A stretch of 58,100 nucleotides of DNA, filler included, from Sphacelaria rigidula (GCA_964200075.2; 5 parts of 5 records of this genome joined end to end with filler, not necessarily neighbours in it), one strand, 5' to 3'; numbered from the whole stretch's first letter, positions 34,989-48,842 are shown. The notes: generated by a model from the sequence alone, not told the origin. Numbers and translations: made by a program.

Positions 34989-37900
34989 CGATCACAGCAT
35001 GGCCTCTGAGAGCAGTTTCTGCGCAGAAGTCTACGCCACCGGTGTATTTGTCCAGGTCGCTTGCCGAGTCGTAGTCGGGGTGGCAGTACTCGTAGTATGG
35101 GAACGTGATTCCGGACCGGTCCGCATCGGCACAGTCACCCGCCCAATCCTCAGCAGCTGCCTGGCAGAGGCTGCCCTCGAAGCGACCCCAGCCGTGGTTC
35201 TGGCCGCACCTTCAATCGACGTACGAATTATGAAAATAACGGGTTATCATCATTTTGAGGCAGAGAGGATGTGAGGGCATACATTCCCTGTATCTTCTCC
35301 TTTCTCTGCGGGGATCCGAAATCCGAGACATGTTTCACCTCGAAGACGGGACGGTCAGAGGACGTGAGCGATTTTTTCGGCACGGTTTCCAATTGTGCGT
35401 TCGACAACAACAAAAAAGTCGTTCAAGTTCCAGACAAAAGGGCGATAGATGCTAAAGAAGCGGGTCTTTTTAACAGCTTCAAATCGCGCACACACCAAAC
35501 CCCCATTTCACTTGTTCGCCCCGTCAAGATCGGACTCACTCGACAATTTTCACGGATTCCACATCGGTGTGACCAACGTCACCGCAGTAAAGGACGTCGG
35601 TCAGTCTGTCGAAGCCACACCGCCACGGGTTACGGAAACCGTAGGCACAGATCTCGGGCCGACCTATTGGGAAAACAGCGGCAGCAGTGGCAGCAGCATA
35701 TTTGGATAAGTCAAAATCATGTATTTGGTCGGATCAGGTCATCAAAAACAAGGGTCCGCGCCCCGCCCACCCCGGCCCCAACTCATAAAAATGAAAGTGA
35801 ACTCACCGCCAACAATGTTGCCGCTTGGGATGTCGAAGCCGGAACCCGAGGCGGGCACAGTGATGCGGGCAATCGTAGCGTGGATGTTGTCAATGTTTTG
35901 ACCGTGCTGCTCGGGGTCCTCCTGGGGTCCTCCGTCACCGATTGCCCAGTATAGGTCGTGCTCCGAGCCGCTGCCGTAGTCGGAGGGCTTGAAACCCACC
36001 CAGCCACCGGCGTGGATAGAGGTGGACCTGATCCCGCTCTCCACGAGAATTTCTTCGCTGGCCAGGGTGGCTGCTGGGGTTGCGGATTCCTCGAACATCG
36101 ACAGCCTGTTGATCACTTCACCCTCCTGCATACGTGAGTGCACCATGAAGAGTATTGTACAACGGGAAAAACAATTGAGTCGTGACGCACAAAGGGGTGA
36201 TTGACCGTTGTTGGGTTCGCCACCAAATTCAACATCCCAAACGCATTTCTTTGCTTTGCAACGATTCCCTGGGACTCACGATACATGCAATGTAAAGGCA
36301 GTGAGGGAAGACGAAGCAAAAGCTCTTTCGCTGGTTTCGAAAAATACTCGGAAGGTCCTCAACACTCACCGTGCCGATGTTCCACGCAACGTAGAATCGA
36401 GTGTTGTCCACGCCGTAGACGGGACTGAACGCGAATCCTAGCAAACCCTGTGAAAGTAAGCATGGGGAGTAGCATTCGACAATCCGGCTACACTCAGAAA
36501 GTAGGGTACACACGGGAAGTCACTTGTTATGCTCCTTAATTGCTGAGGTGTCAGACGGCAACTAACTGGAGGTACTGTCAATCCATGGCGAGACCTCAGG
36601 GGTGATACCTCCGGTTTGATCGAGTGGGTAACAACCAGATACCGAATAGAACATGACGTTGATGGGTCACTATTAATCGGAAGCTGTCAGTGAAAATAAA
36701 TATCCTCATGCTGAATCATGACCAAATGGACCCGAGAGAGCACGTTCACTGGACCTTCGCCCCTCCCCTGACCCAACCACATCCCAAGTTTCGAGGCTAG
36801 GATGTTGGTCCGGGTCCCCTGTATGTAATTGCCAATGAATTAGTGTAGGCTGTATGTGCAGTGCTTGTATGGTGTGTATGCACCTTACCTCTTCGAAGGC
36901 ATCGTAGAATATCCCGGAGTCGGTGAGGTCGAGCACGAGTTCGCCGGAACTGAGGTCATCAACGGATACCTGCGGGTAGGGATGAGTCAAGACGCCGGTA
37001 AACGAGAGACCGGTTGTCCATGTTGCATATCACAGCGACGGCTCTTGCGATGAAATGAAACACACACACGACCGTTTTTATTACCAAAACATTACAAGTT
37101 CAGCGCTTTCTTCATTTTTTAGTTGCGTGGACACACATGCCTCCATATCCAGAAACTCCGAAAACAGTTACGACCGCAGTCACCAAGTCGACATTTGAAC
37201 GCGCGACTAGATGGAAACCTCACCCTACAAGCATTTGGGCTGCATTCTCACCTTCACCATCTGACCCGCCCTTCCACCGATCCACCAGTAATCGCCTTGG
37301 GGAGTCATGGCCATCACGAGGGCGTCCGCGGGAAGGTCCCCATTGCCCTCAAAATACTCCTGGAGACCCACAGGCACCTCCACTGCATGGCACAAAAATC
37401 AACATCAAGCCCAGGATTTGTCAGCGCGGGAAAAATGGTGAAAAAAGATCAAGATGAGGGATGGAGAGGTGACGCCTTCACTAGCTACCGTACGCCTCAG
37501 GGACTACCTATCCTCCCTTCACTAGTCGGTTGCTACTTCGTGCGATGGTGGCTACGACTCGACTCACCTTCCTCGTAAGGGTACGACCAGTACTGATCAT
37601 TAGCTCCGCCCCCCGTGTGCTTGGAGCAGTAGTCTTCACCGTCGTAGTCGGGGAACATGAGCTGGCCTTCGCAGGCGGTAACAAGGCTCTCACAGAAATC
37701 TTTTTTCATCATGAGCCCGTCAGACACACCAAGCTCACCGGCAAGTTCCGCGTAGAGGTGGGCGCTGTAGGAGTTGCAGATGCCGCATACCGTCTGCAAA
37801 AAACAACGAGGGAGGATGAAAGGATAAAAACAAAGTAAGACAGGGTGTGATTTTTGTTGAACGAATACATTTCCTCAGTGTCATGATTCATTCATCTTCG

Positions 37901-40900
37901 GGGCATTTTTTCCCCCAGACATGGGTATGGATACCTACTTATTTTTCATGTTTCCGTCTTAATTTCAACCCCTCCGTTCACTCGGGAACGACTCCGTGGT
38001 GTGGAGGGGTTCATAATAAAAATATGTCATGATTCCAGGTTCCCGAAATGTTCAAACGTGAAATGGTGTGAAATCTAACGGAAATTTCTCCAGTAGTATT
38101 AGCCGTTCAGAAAAAAAGGAAAACGCAACCCAACCACAGCATCATCAATCTTTTCCTATTTGGGGCGAAACATTCCGTGACATTTTCATTTTCGAAAATT
38201 AAAAACCCGAACCCAACCACAACCAAACATAATTTTCTCTTCAATGCAATAAAATTTTTGACCCATGATGTTTCTCAACTTCTCAAAATCATTTTTATTT
38301 ATTTCGACAGCAAAAAAACATACGCTCACGGCGTCGACGTGATACAAAACAAAAATCCCTTGAGCGAAAGAGTAGTCAGTGAGTGTCACGCGGGTAGTAT
38401 TTCTGATATCCTGAATACACGTCTCACTTAGAAGGTCATAAACACCGCGAAACATGAAATCATTCTCATTATACACACTGCAGTAGTACAACTAAAGACA
38501 CCGAGCGAGATTGGCAGAATGCGTTGACATCGGTTCCCCACTTGGGCAAGAGGACTTCCTAGGCATGTCACTCGTTCGAATAACTCCACAATCTTAACCT
38601 CACCCAACCCTGAACCAACGAAGGTCTATCGAGAACCCTCCTCCAAGGACGGGGTGCGTTGCCAGACGGCGCCGATTTAGACAACATCCGTCGTCGGCAA
38701 GAAGGAGAGCAGCCCCCATCCAAGATCCGGATTTCCGTATGTACACCAAAACCAAGTCGCACGTCTAAACGAAACGGGTACGCAAGAAAGCTGGAGGGTA
38801 GTTTTGCAAACACGTGAAAATGACGGCCGACACCACCCTGCCGCCCAAACCCTCTTTTGACCACCGAAGTACGTGGTATCTGCGCTGCATTCCGTAGTGC
38901 ATTGGGATGCTTGGCCATCATGGTATGCACGCACCAACATCCCACAAACTTCACGGAATGTTCTCGAAAAAGTATAGCGGGCCAACCCTAACCGTCAGCC
39001 CACTACACCCAACCTCCCCAAACCCAACCCATACACAAAAGCTTGGATGGTAAGCTTTGTACAGGACTAGATTGGTGTTGCTTAGAAAGACACGTCGTGG
39101 GCCACTGCAGTGTGCATGATTGAATGTAGGCGGTGGCCTCGGAGTCGCGGGAAGGTCGGTCTGGGCGTACCTTGTATGTGCAGTTCTGGGAGTGCATGTA
39201 CTTTTACAGACAGCTTGTGTGTCACGGGATCGTGGCGCCACTGATGCAAACCACACAGCACAAGACCTGGGGCGGTTAATTGAATCAAGTTTGAATTGCG
39301 GATACCTTAGATAGTACAGTTGTGTAGGTGAAAATCTTCTGCTGTGTGATGATAAAATGTGTGCTGCTGATGCTGCAAATCGGGAACCGCTCGTGGCCGC
39401 CGTTGGCTGGGTTGCTCTAGGCCGTAGATACACTCGCACCGCCAGAATTTGCGTTATTATTGAAATCAATACTGTACATGAAGAGAGTTCACCCCAGAAA
39501 CCTGTTGCCAGGAGTGCAGTCACTTGCTCGAAATCGATACGCCTCCATCATGCTCTCCACTGAGCAATTAGAAAATTATGAGAGGGGAAGATTTGTTTGG
39601 TGACCCTTGAGTGAATGAAGGCAACCAGTGCGTCATAGACCAACGAAGACGACGGGACAATAATAAACGCCAAATAATTTCACAGAAGCGGCAAGGGGTA
39701 CATACGGTGCAGCAATAGTCGTGGTGCGACGGTGAGCGGAGTCGGTTGGCTTGTCACCCCGGAGGCGCCCACAGCAAGCGAATCGGGATGGGGGATAGGT
39801 GCACGTACCCTCTGCTGGGTAGGAGCAAAAATTTCATGCACGACTCGTCCTTGGTGACTTGTGCTACTGTAGCCACGATCAAGGACCAAGGGGAGGAGGG
39901 GGGGCATCAACGTGTACTTTGTACCTTGAAGTGTGTGTGCTGCACTGGATACCGTACAACACGACTCTCCACTTGGAACAGCAGAGACACCACCAACAGT
40001 ACGCGGGTATAAGGCACGGGAAGTTGTGGGTGCTGTTCCATGACCCTACAGCTACTTCCGAGGCCAGCATGCTACGATACGCGGGCAAGGTTCTCACGCA
40101 CCACAAAGAGGTTTACAGTGTATATATATACGGCATGTATATGATACATTAAAACCTGAGAGGAAAAATCGCTGGCGGCGCCGTCGGGTCTATCGAAATT
40201 TTACGTTCGAAGTTTCACCAAACATTGAAACATTTGAGCGCATTTCGCACTCCCAAAAATACGTTTTCGTGTTCAGGGGTATATAGCGGCATCTTGCCGA
40301 CAGATTAATCTACTTGGACTTCGAGTATCGGATTGTACTGTACCGCACGTGTAATTTCGGTGCTTCCACCTCCGTTCGGTTCGCAGAAACTCGACCCTTC
40401 GATGCTACGTTGTTGGTGAAAAGATAATTCTTCATTCCCCCTGTCGTGGGAGTACGACCGACACTGTTTGTAACGTGTGTCCCCTACAAACACCTACATT
40501 ACACGATAGAATGTGGCATAATCTTCCTGTTTCGAGTCTAGATTTATTCCACTGCACCTCCAAGCAATAGGTACGACGAATGTTCTAGGGACCTTTTGGT
40601 ATATATGCCGGGGGGAAAACTCAGGTGTAATCCTAGGTATCTATATGCGGATTACAAGATGAATGTGGGACAACAGACACCGGCCTGCTCACGGCTTGTC
40701 TCGGATCATGTGAGCTGGCGAGAAGGTGGTTGCTCACAACCTTTTTACGCCCTCGACTTCTCGTGCTCTTAGCCACCACAACACAAACCCCAACCTCCCA
40801 CGACAGAACACAAGTACATACCACGAGAACAACACCACTTGTGTCCAGGATGTCACTACAAGAATCATACCATAGATTGTCGTTCGAAAAATCTTGAAGG

Positions 40901-42249
40901 GAGGTACAGGCGCAGACTTCAATCGAGTCTCAAGTCTCACACGGTCCGCCCCAATCGTGGGGTAGGACACGATGCACCGTATCATGCGCGCCACAGGTCA
41001 TGGATAGAAACCCTACTGCCGTGTTCGTGAAGGTAGCGGGGGTGCAACGGCAACATCTTAGTAATCCATTTCAAGTTATTCCGCACCTTCGGTAATGTTT
41101 TCATGTGTTGAATCATTTGATCTTGCGTGTGAAGCATTGAAATGACGAGATATCTGTATCTTGAACGACGAGAGTCAAAAGGGCACATCTGGGTGTGTGT
41201 TGTGTGAGGTGGGTCAGGTACTTTTTTATGGCTTCGTATCTCTCTACAGCAGTTGCTGTCCTTGTCGATCGGTGAGGTCGTGAATCCCCCATATTCATCT
41301 CAAGGAAGGAGGGTTTTCAGACTAGCATGTGTAGGAATAACTCATCGTATGAAACATGGTATCAGCCCGACATAAGTTGAGGTAAGTCTTTCGATGGGCA
41401 GACAACAGTATTCGCGCACAGTGGTACACTTGACCCACAGAACTTGGAAGTGCAACTGAACCATCACAGGCGCATGCTAGGCTGTGAATTGGTGGGCGTG
41501 GCGTGCTCAGCGCTTGTCTGGGAGAGTTAGGGAGTGTGATCTTTCTTGGTGTTCGTAGCACCCTCACAACGAAACTGATGGTCGCAAATTTCGAACGACG
41601 AAGGACATCGTTGTTTCCATGGATTCAAAGCTGTGTGAGGGGTACAGACTCCATCCGATCCAGGTTGCGCGTTGACAGTCCAAAATGAACTACAGGTGAC
41701 CACCGTTGGCCGATCATACATCCAAGACCTCCGGTAAAACACGCATCCACACCACGAGATGTGGTTTTTGTCACAACTGCCGTTGCCACAACCGGCGTAC
41801 GGTGTTACTTTGCTGTGACCAGTATTCACGACCGCAGGCATTTACCGTTTCTCGGCGCAACCACGATGCATCCGTATCTACACGCGAAACACCCCAGAGG
41901 GCAACCATGCAAGAATGCAGTATTAGACGAAGACTGCTGAAGCACACATATCAAAAATATCTCATGAATGCTATCGACAGAAGGGAGTACATTGCACCAA
42001 CAACTGCACCTCCTTGTACAGATCGGCACATTCGCCAGTGATGGCTCCGGCAGCCTCGAACAGCGCTTGGACACCAAGCTCTTCATCGTCAGTACAGCAA
42101 GCTCCCTCGGGCTGCTCGGGGCAGAATTCGAGAACTTCCTCGTAGTCGGTTGGTCGATCCCCGATCCAACACAGCGGGTGTCCATCGACGTTCACCGCGA
42201 TTTGCAGCGCGGACGCCGCAAGCAATAACAAACTCGAGGCCGTCCGCAT
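34989..42249 (-). CDS. HIPL1/HHIP-like secreted protein (Cys-rich domain + glucose/sorbosone dehydrogenase-like beta-propeller); exons 42249-42010, 37793-37568, 37382-37252, 36969-36889, 36447-36370, 36125-35807, 35663-35540, 35209-34989; 3' end off contig
   Basis: All introns GT-AG with consistent phases; signal peptide then HPLC, CC, EEGLLGFAFSP, HAGG, GDGG..DP, YGFRNPWRCGFD, GDVG, NHGW..EG. Confidence 0.9.
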
Positions 42250-43566
42250 CGTATCCCTTGTTTTCGTGATCGCGATCCTCAATCTATTGCGGTGATGTGT
42301 AGGTATCGGTACCCGTGTTGTCAGACGTGGTAGTGCTGTCGGTGTGTGCCCCTGCGAAACCCCTGCAGAGATGCGGTGGTGTGTTCGCAGACTGAATGAG
42401 GGTTGGTTGGTGTTGCAGTTGGGATTGACTGTGCTGGTGCGATGTGAGAATGTCGGTGAGCGGGGGGCCGGTGTCACCTTTACCCACACTGGCTTTCGCG
42501 TCTTGCCGAACTAATATTTATTTTTCTTATGAATTTATGTGTCGCGGGGTAGTTCTGGACCTCACTACAACCGCATGTTTTTTGTGACGAATATCCACGA
42601 GGCACATAAAATCACTCTCATGATCAGTTGAGATAGAATCAATCTACCCGGATCTCCCTCTGTTCACATGTTATACATACAGGAGTTGTGGAGTTCCGAG
42701 TACTGATTTCGATTTTCGTGGTCCCACACAGTGCAGCCCCCGCCAGCATGATGAATCACTTGTGTTTTGTATATCAATTAATTCCGTTTAGATTTTACCG
42801 ACCATTCCACCTGCCCACAGCAACAGATGGGATTCGAAGCATACCCCGAACTCACCGACCACCAGATATTGCATTTAGTTGGTCCGCGTCACGAGAATGA
42901 TCGCGAAAATCTCTGGCAGCCCAGCAGCCTTGCATACTTCGTGTATGAAATGCATATTGTGTACAGACACACGTCAAGATACCCCGGCGGCCCTGCCGCA
43001 CACACGTGTGCACACAAAATCTTCTATTTTCCATCCCCGGCCACCTCTCTCGTTCTCTCTCTTTTCCTGTACTCTACTACAAGTCCACACTGCGCATGTC
43101 CTCTCTTGACAGGAGTGCCGTCGTGTGATCTTACATGTATCCACGTGCACATGTGATATGTTGTGTGCAGCTGCTGCTAGATCAGAGATGGCATATACTG
43201 TATTTACAGGAAAACCCATAAACGAACCCTCTTTCGCCTACTGCTGCTGCGCGTTCAGTCACGCTTAACATCTCATCGAACTGCGAAACGTCGGGACATA
43301 GACGTGTCATAGATAGAGACGCCCATTACGTGTGCACGCATACCCTTGCGCTATTATTTTTAACTGCAGTACAGAGCGACCTTCTCGTCCTTTTCGAGGT
43401 CTCGGGACTCTGTGTGTTGGACTATATCCTAGTGTCATCTCGAAGATTTACCCCGACGAGCACCTGAAGATCACAGATGAACTGAGTGCGATGGAGGTCA
43501 TCTTGAGTTCATGTATAATTTATGTATTGATTTTTGTAAACGGTTGTCCTAGACTTTGAAGTTGAA

Positions 43567-43750
43567 GGGTTGACCCTCAGATCGCCAGGATGGGTTATTT
43601 GTTGAAGTGTCATCACTTTCACTTGAAAAAATGACTGCAGATGCTGATGATCTTCTCTGCAGGGTCAGCGGTCTGAGTCTCATTCACTTATCGAATCAAA
43701 ATGATGCCGATTCACCAGTTGACCGACTCTGGTGGTTGAGGGGTCAACCC
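43567..43750. repeat. Short degenerate inverted repeat (MITE relic)
   Basis: GGGTTGACCCTCA.. mirrored by ..TGAGGGGTCAACCC. Confidence 0.45.
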
Positions 43751-45766
43751 GCTCCTGCCCCGCCTCGAACAGGATAGGCTATTTTCACTTGTAGAAAGAT
43801 GAAGGTTTTGTGCAGTTGGGCTTTCTTACTCGTTGAATGGTGGAGGATTTTGTAGTCCAACCCTCGATTTCCTCGAGAAGCAACGAGATTCCAGATACCC
43901 CTGTCCCCGGGAAGATCCGTGTCTCTTGAAAAACCGAAGTGTGTGTATCATACAGAAGGTCACTTTTTTTCTTCTTTTCGATTTTTCGCCTCTGAGAGTG
44001 TCAAGGGATTTTCAAATATTATAACCATTCATCAACCGACGAATTTGGAGCAGTTATTTCTTTTTCCTTGTCGTTGGGGGGGTAGGATGTCTCTCAAACG
44101 CACTGCATTAGTGGTATTTCAAATTCGAGGTTCCCGGTGCACTTCGCAGAAATTTACAGATATAGTGGGAACTTCAAATCACTACAAGTACGACTATATG
44201 AAATTAACATCAGGATACCTCTTTCGGTCGAGGTCAATAATCGCGATCGCAATTATTGCAGTACTGCTGCGCCAACTACATAATATTATGACAAAGTATA
44301 AATATGGCCGCCTTGCAGATTTAGACAACATGGGAAACTTTCAACACGCGAATGCGATAAAAAATAATAGTACCAGAGGTTGGTGTTGTCGATTGCAGAT
44401 TGCATGGCCTTCGACTGGCTGACTACGCTTGCGGTAATTCTTTATCTATTTGTCAGGCGGCACAGGGGACAGACCTCTCACGTGGTGGCAAAACCCACGG
44501 ACCTCGGAGCCGCTACTACGCCACAAATTATCCGCTGGTACGAGTAGCTCGTGTACACTGTTTCTGTGATCGGAGTATCTGGGGCAGGGCGGATCGGAGT
44601 GTCTACCGCACAGAACGGACGGCATGGTTCGGCGGAGGGTATCGCCAATTTCCAAGTTTTTTCAACGGCTTTTGTCGGAGGAAACAATGCCCCCTAAAAA
44701 GATGCGAATATACTCAAACTGTGAAAAAAAAGGCTCAACCGTCAAATATATCTTAATGCCATCAGTAAGGCTGGATGAGAATCGAAAACTTGAAACGTAC
44801 AAGTATCCATCGAGGAGAGGAGTAGTGGAATGGTGCATGTGTACCTGGGGTATTCCGTACGATGGTCGAATAGTTCGGGCGATCCGTTCGATCTTGTCGA
44901 CGATATAGCTCGAGGCTTTCCACCAGTCCTCAACAACCAGTACCCATGTACTTTCACGCACAGCACTCTTTACATATCGCTCGCGCCGTCTGTATGGTAC
45001 AACCGGAACTACAGACGAGCCAAGACAAACCTCATCATACCTCGTAATGCCATTACAACAGCAGTGTAATGCAAGTATGCCATTGGATTTGCGGCGCACG
45101 CACACCCTTGATGGTGGTATCATCGGACGGTGACGATTGACATGCTTACTTACTATGCTCGGATACGTTCGAATACAGACCACGTATACCTCTTCACCGG
45201 CCAGCTGTCCTACTTCGCCAGCCCACCAACTTACACGCACACACCACGCACACGTCCATGCAGCAAGTAGGGTAACGCATAAATACGACACTCAATAAAA
45301 GTGGCACGCAGTTTTCTGGATGGTCAAACAAAAAACTCATAAATAAGTCGGGTGAGCAGACCGGGCTCGAGGATAAAAAGCCTCGCGTGAGCGAGGGTGC
45401 AGTCAGTAGGTTCGGAAAATATCGCTGCATACAGCGTCCCACGTGGTCACGAACTGGTCGACACAACTGCGATGTTGCTTCAAGATGCGCCGTCGGAATC
45501 CGAACACGCGGATTTGCCACGCCCACGTCGACTCACCCAAAATGTATCGACCATTCATCTACTGAAAACTTAATCGATCGAACCCGCTGAAAAATTCAAA
45601 ACGCATAAAACATACTCCTCCCCGCCACTCCCTTCCCCCGCCTTATCAAAGATAATCAGGAAGCTTCGAGCCGAAAGATATTAGCAGGATGCAGCTCACC
45701 CTCCATGCAACTCGCCCCAACACATGAAGGTGCTCCGCCTTTGATAATCGATTGCGGAGGCGAAAG

Positions 45767-45975
45767 CCCGGCGTGGTCCGTCCCGGCTTTGAAGGGATGC
45801 GTCGTCAGTGGTCTTATGACTACGGCACGCAAGATCATGAGTACACCCGCCCTCCCCCAACCCCGTGAGTGCGAGCCTGGTCCAGCGAAAACCCGGCGCG
45901 CTCCGTCTCCGCTTTGTAGGGATGCGAGGTCAACGGTCTTATGACTACGGCACGCAAGATCATGAGTACACCCGC
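45767..45975 (+). repeat. ~124-bp-period tandem duplication
   Basis: GGTCTTATGACTACGGCACGCAAGATCATGAGTACACCCGCC occurs twice. Confidence 0.85.
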
Positions 45976-46171
45976 CGCCTCAGAGTCTACCAATCTGAAA
46001 GGGAACCGTTCCACCCTCTTCCACCACCTCCTCCCCATCACTACTGTCACTACTAGTTCCTGCATCTCCAACAATACCACCCCCAATGGCACTAACCGCC
46101 CCGGCCATTCTGCTCGCTACAGCAGCCGCGCCGCCACCGCCCGCCATAGCACTTGCAGTAGCACTAGTAGC

Positions 46172-46214
<43 letters not shown>
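46172..46214. repeat. (GCAGGA)7 hexanucleotide repeat
   Basis: Read directly; encodes a PA repeat on the minus strand. Confidence 0.85.
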
Positions 46215-46215
<1 letters not shown>

Positions 46216-46461
46216 TAGCGGCAGTGGTTGAAGATGGCAAACTTGGGCGAGACAGGGACGTCACCATGGGCTGTAAGGGCGTCGTTGCTGGTGGCGGCGT
46301 TGTTTTCGGTAGTGCCGGTCGCGACGCGTTCGTGATGGTGGCACCACTCGCGGACGATGCTTGGGATGAAATCGCCATCCCCAGCCTGACAGCATAGATC
46401 ACGGATGGTGGGAACGGGAGGGGGGGGGGGGGGGGGGGGGGGAGGGCACGCGCCGGAAATC

Positions 46462-46561
46462 NNNNNNNNNNNNNNNNNNNNNNNNNNNNNNNNNNNNNNN
46501 NNNNNTTAATTAATTAANNNNNNNNNNNNNNNNNNNNNNNNNNNNNNNNNNNNNNNNNNNN
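46462..46561. other. Artificial contig linker (eukaryotic to bacterial contig)
   Basis: N-TTAATTAATTAA-N; abrupt change to gene-dense GC-rich sequence. Confidence 0.98.
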
Positions 46562-46562
46562 C

Positions 46563-47315
46563 TTCTATTGGCTCGAGCCGGAGCTTGCGATTCGTGCCAC
46601 CCGGATACAGCATGAGCGATTCGCCGAGATTGTTGCCGATTATCCCGACCGTTTCGCAGCCGTCGCAAACATTCCCATGGCACATCCCGACATCGCAGTC
46701 GAGGTGCTCGAAGAAGCCAAGCGTGACTTCGGGTTCAACGGCTTCGAGATCAACGCCGACGTCAATGGCGAGGACCTCGATGATCGCAAGTTCGACAAGG
46801 TCTGGGAGAAGGCCGTCGAGCTCGACATGACGGCGATCATGCACCCACAGGGATTCACCCATGGGCAACGCATGGATGACTACTACCTCGTCAACGTGAT
46901 CTGCATGCCGCTCGCCTCCACGGTGGCCGTGTCACGGATGATCATTGGCGGAGTTTGGGAACGGATTCCCGATTTCAAGATGGTTGTCGTGCATGGTGGT
47001 GGTTATCTGCCCTACTACTTTGCTCGCACCGACCACGCGTACAACGTGCGCCCAGAACTCCGTCACCACATCACGCGTAAACCAAGCGAGTACTTGCACA
47101 AGCTGCATTTCGACACCACGGTCTTCGAGCCCGGGATGGTCGAGTATTTGATTGAAGAGTTCGGTGACGAGCACGTGTTGCTCGGTACCGACTACCCGTT
47201 CGACATGGGGCCCACAGATCCGCTTGCGTTCCTTGCCGATGTCAAGATGAACGAACAATCGCGTGAACGCATTCTGGGCGGCAATGCCGCCCGCTTGTTC
47301 AAGATCGGAGACTAG
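46563..47315 (+). CDS. Amidohydrolase_2 family (ACMSD-like decarboxylase/hydratase), 5' truncated
   Basis: Frame open from contig start (YPDRF..); MHP, VVHGGGYLP, FDT, LLGTDYPFDM, GGNAARLF. Confidence 0.92.
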   Translation, partial: FYWLEPELAIRATRIQHERFAEIVADYPDRFAAVANIPMAHPDIAVEVLEEAKRDFGFNGFEINADVNGEDLDDRKFDKVWEKAVELDMTAIMHPQGFTHGQRMDDYYLVNVICMPLASTVAVSRMIIGGVWERIPDFKMVVVHGGGYLPYYFARTDHAYNVRPELRHHITRKPSEYLHKLHFDTTVFEPGMVEYLIEEFGDEHVLLGTDYPFDMGPTDPLAFLADVKMNEQSRERILGGNAARLFKIGD

Positions 47316-47317
47316 AA

Positions 47318-47833
47318 ATGGCACGAGTCAATCTTCTGACGTCAAGGGACGGCCTGTCGCCAGAGCAACAGGCGGTCTTCGACTGGGTGGTTCAGAGCCG
47401 AGGCAAGATGCTGCGCCCCTATGAGGTCCTCCTCCATGTGCCAGGCCTCGCTCAACCAGCAGCCGAGCTCGGTCACCAGATTCGCTACGAAGGACAGCTT
47501 TCTGGGCATGATCGAGAACTTGCGATCATCACTGCGGCGAAGGTTCTCGATTGTGCATTCGAGTGGGACAGTCATGTCGGCCTCGCACGAGAGGCCGGGG
47601 TCAGCGAATCTGCGATCGCCTACCTGGAGACCGGTGTGGGCGGGCTCAGTGAAGCCGAGGAGGTGATCGTCGGGTTCGTTCGCGAACTCGGCGAATCGAA
47701 CGACGTCAGTGACGAACGTGTGGCGGCGACTTCGAACGCGTTGGGTGGCGACGAGCCCGTTGTCGAACTATCGGCACTCGTCGGCTACTACACCTTCCTC
47801 GGATACGTGATGAAGGTTGCCGGAGCTTGTTAG
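47318..47833 (+). CDS. Carboxymuconolactone decarboxylase/AhpD-like family protein
   Basis: RELAIITAA..CAFEWDSHVGLAREAG motif; VVELSALVGYY. Confidence 0.85.
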   Translation: MARVNLLTSRDGLSPEQQAVFDWVVQSRGKMLRPYEVLLHVPGLAQPAAELGHQIRYEGQLSGHDRELAIITAAKVLDCAFEWDSHVGLAREAGVSESAIAYLETGVGGLSEAEEVIVGFVRELGESNDVSDERVAATSNALGGDEPVVELSALVGYYTFLGYVMKVAGAC

Positions 47834-47840
47834 GAGCGCC

Positions 47841-48842
47841 GTGCAAGCAATAGACGTTCATGCACACTTCGCACCGGTCGCCCGGTTCGAGGAGATGCGC
47901 GCGATCGCCCCGGACCACGTTCCGGTGGTCGTGCTTGAGGATGATCACGTCTACTTTCGCTACCCGAACGGGGTGGAGAACGGCCCCGTTCCTCGTGCCA
48001 TCGTCGACATCGAGCGACGTCTTACGGAGATGGCCGCAACGCAGGTGACGCACCATGTCTTGAGCGCGCGGCCGCAGATGTTCAGCTACGATCTGCCGGG
48101 GGAGGTGGCCAGCACACTCGCGTTCTGGTCCAACGATGCGCTCGTGGACGCGGCCACCTCACATCCGGACAAATTCAGCGTGCTCATCGCCCTGCCGCTC
48201 CAGGACGCAGACGCGTCGGTCGCGGCGATCGAGCGCTGGGCGCCGAACCCCATCGTGCGCGGCGTCATGATCGACTCGAACGTCGATGGCCGTGACCTCG
48301 CCGAGCCAGCATTCGCTCCAATTTGGTCAGCGCTGGAATCCCATGATCTTCCGGTGCTGGTTCATCCGTATCAGGGCGACGTCGTTGGTCAGCAGCGGCT
48401 TTCGAAGCACTACCTCTTCAACCTCGTGGGCAACCCGGTGGATACGACAATCGCCATTGCCAACGTCGTATTCGGCGGACTTGCCGACCTGTACCCGAAT
48501 CTCCGCTGGGGTTTCGTGCACGGCGGGGGAGTGGCCCCCTATTTGTCGGGCCGGTGGGACCATGGTTGGCACAAGCGCGCTGTTACCCGCGAGCTGATAC
48601 CGAATACGCTTCCCTCAGAAATCTTGAAGCGATTTTGGTATGACTGCATCGTTCATGATGAACGCACGTTGGTCTACCTCGCAGACTGTGTTGGATGGGA
48701 TCGAATAATGGTCGGTAGTGATTGTCCCTTTGACATGGGCCTCGTTGACCCGGTGACGTTCATCGATGCGATACCCGAGGCGCACGACCGCCGCGCGGCG
48801 TTGCTCGAGACGAACGCAACCCAGTTCTTGAGATCTCGTTGA
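47841..48842 (+). CDS. Amidohydrolase_2 family (ACMSD-like)
   Basis: AGGAG RBS before GTG; IDVHAH, VHP, HGGG, YD, GSDCPFDM. Confidence 0.92.
   Translation: MQAIDVHAHFAPVARFEEMRAIAPDHVPVVVLEDDHVYFRYPNGVENGPVPRAIVDIERRLTEMAATQVTHHVLSARPQMFSYDLPGEVASTLAFWSNDALVDAATSHPDKFSVLIALPLQDADASVAAIERWAPNPIVRGVMIDSNVDGRDLAEPAFAPIWSALESHDLPVLVHPYQGDVVGQQRLSKHYLFNLVGNPVDTTIAIANVVFGGLADLYPNLRWGFVHGGGVAPYLSGRWDHGWHKRAVTRELIPNTLPSEILKRFWYDCIVHDERTLVYLADCVGWDRIMVGSDCPFDMGLVDPVTFIDAIPEAHDRRAALLETNATQFLRSR

Noticed and set aside
45980..46402. Pro/Ala-rich ORF at the end of contig 4
   Set aside because: Low complexity, open on both strands and with no domain; cannot be assigned
46400..46620. Apparent bacterial-to-alga horizontal transfer
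   Set aside because: The junction is an artificial linker; contig lengths 11541, 11540, 11540, 11540, 11539 indicate length-sorted concatenation
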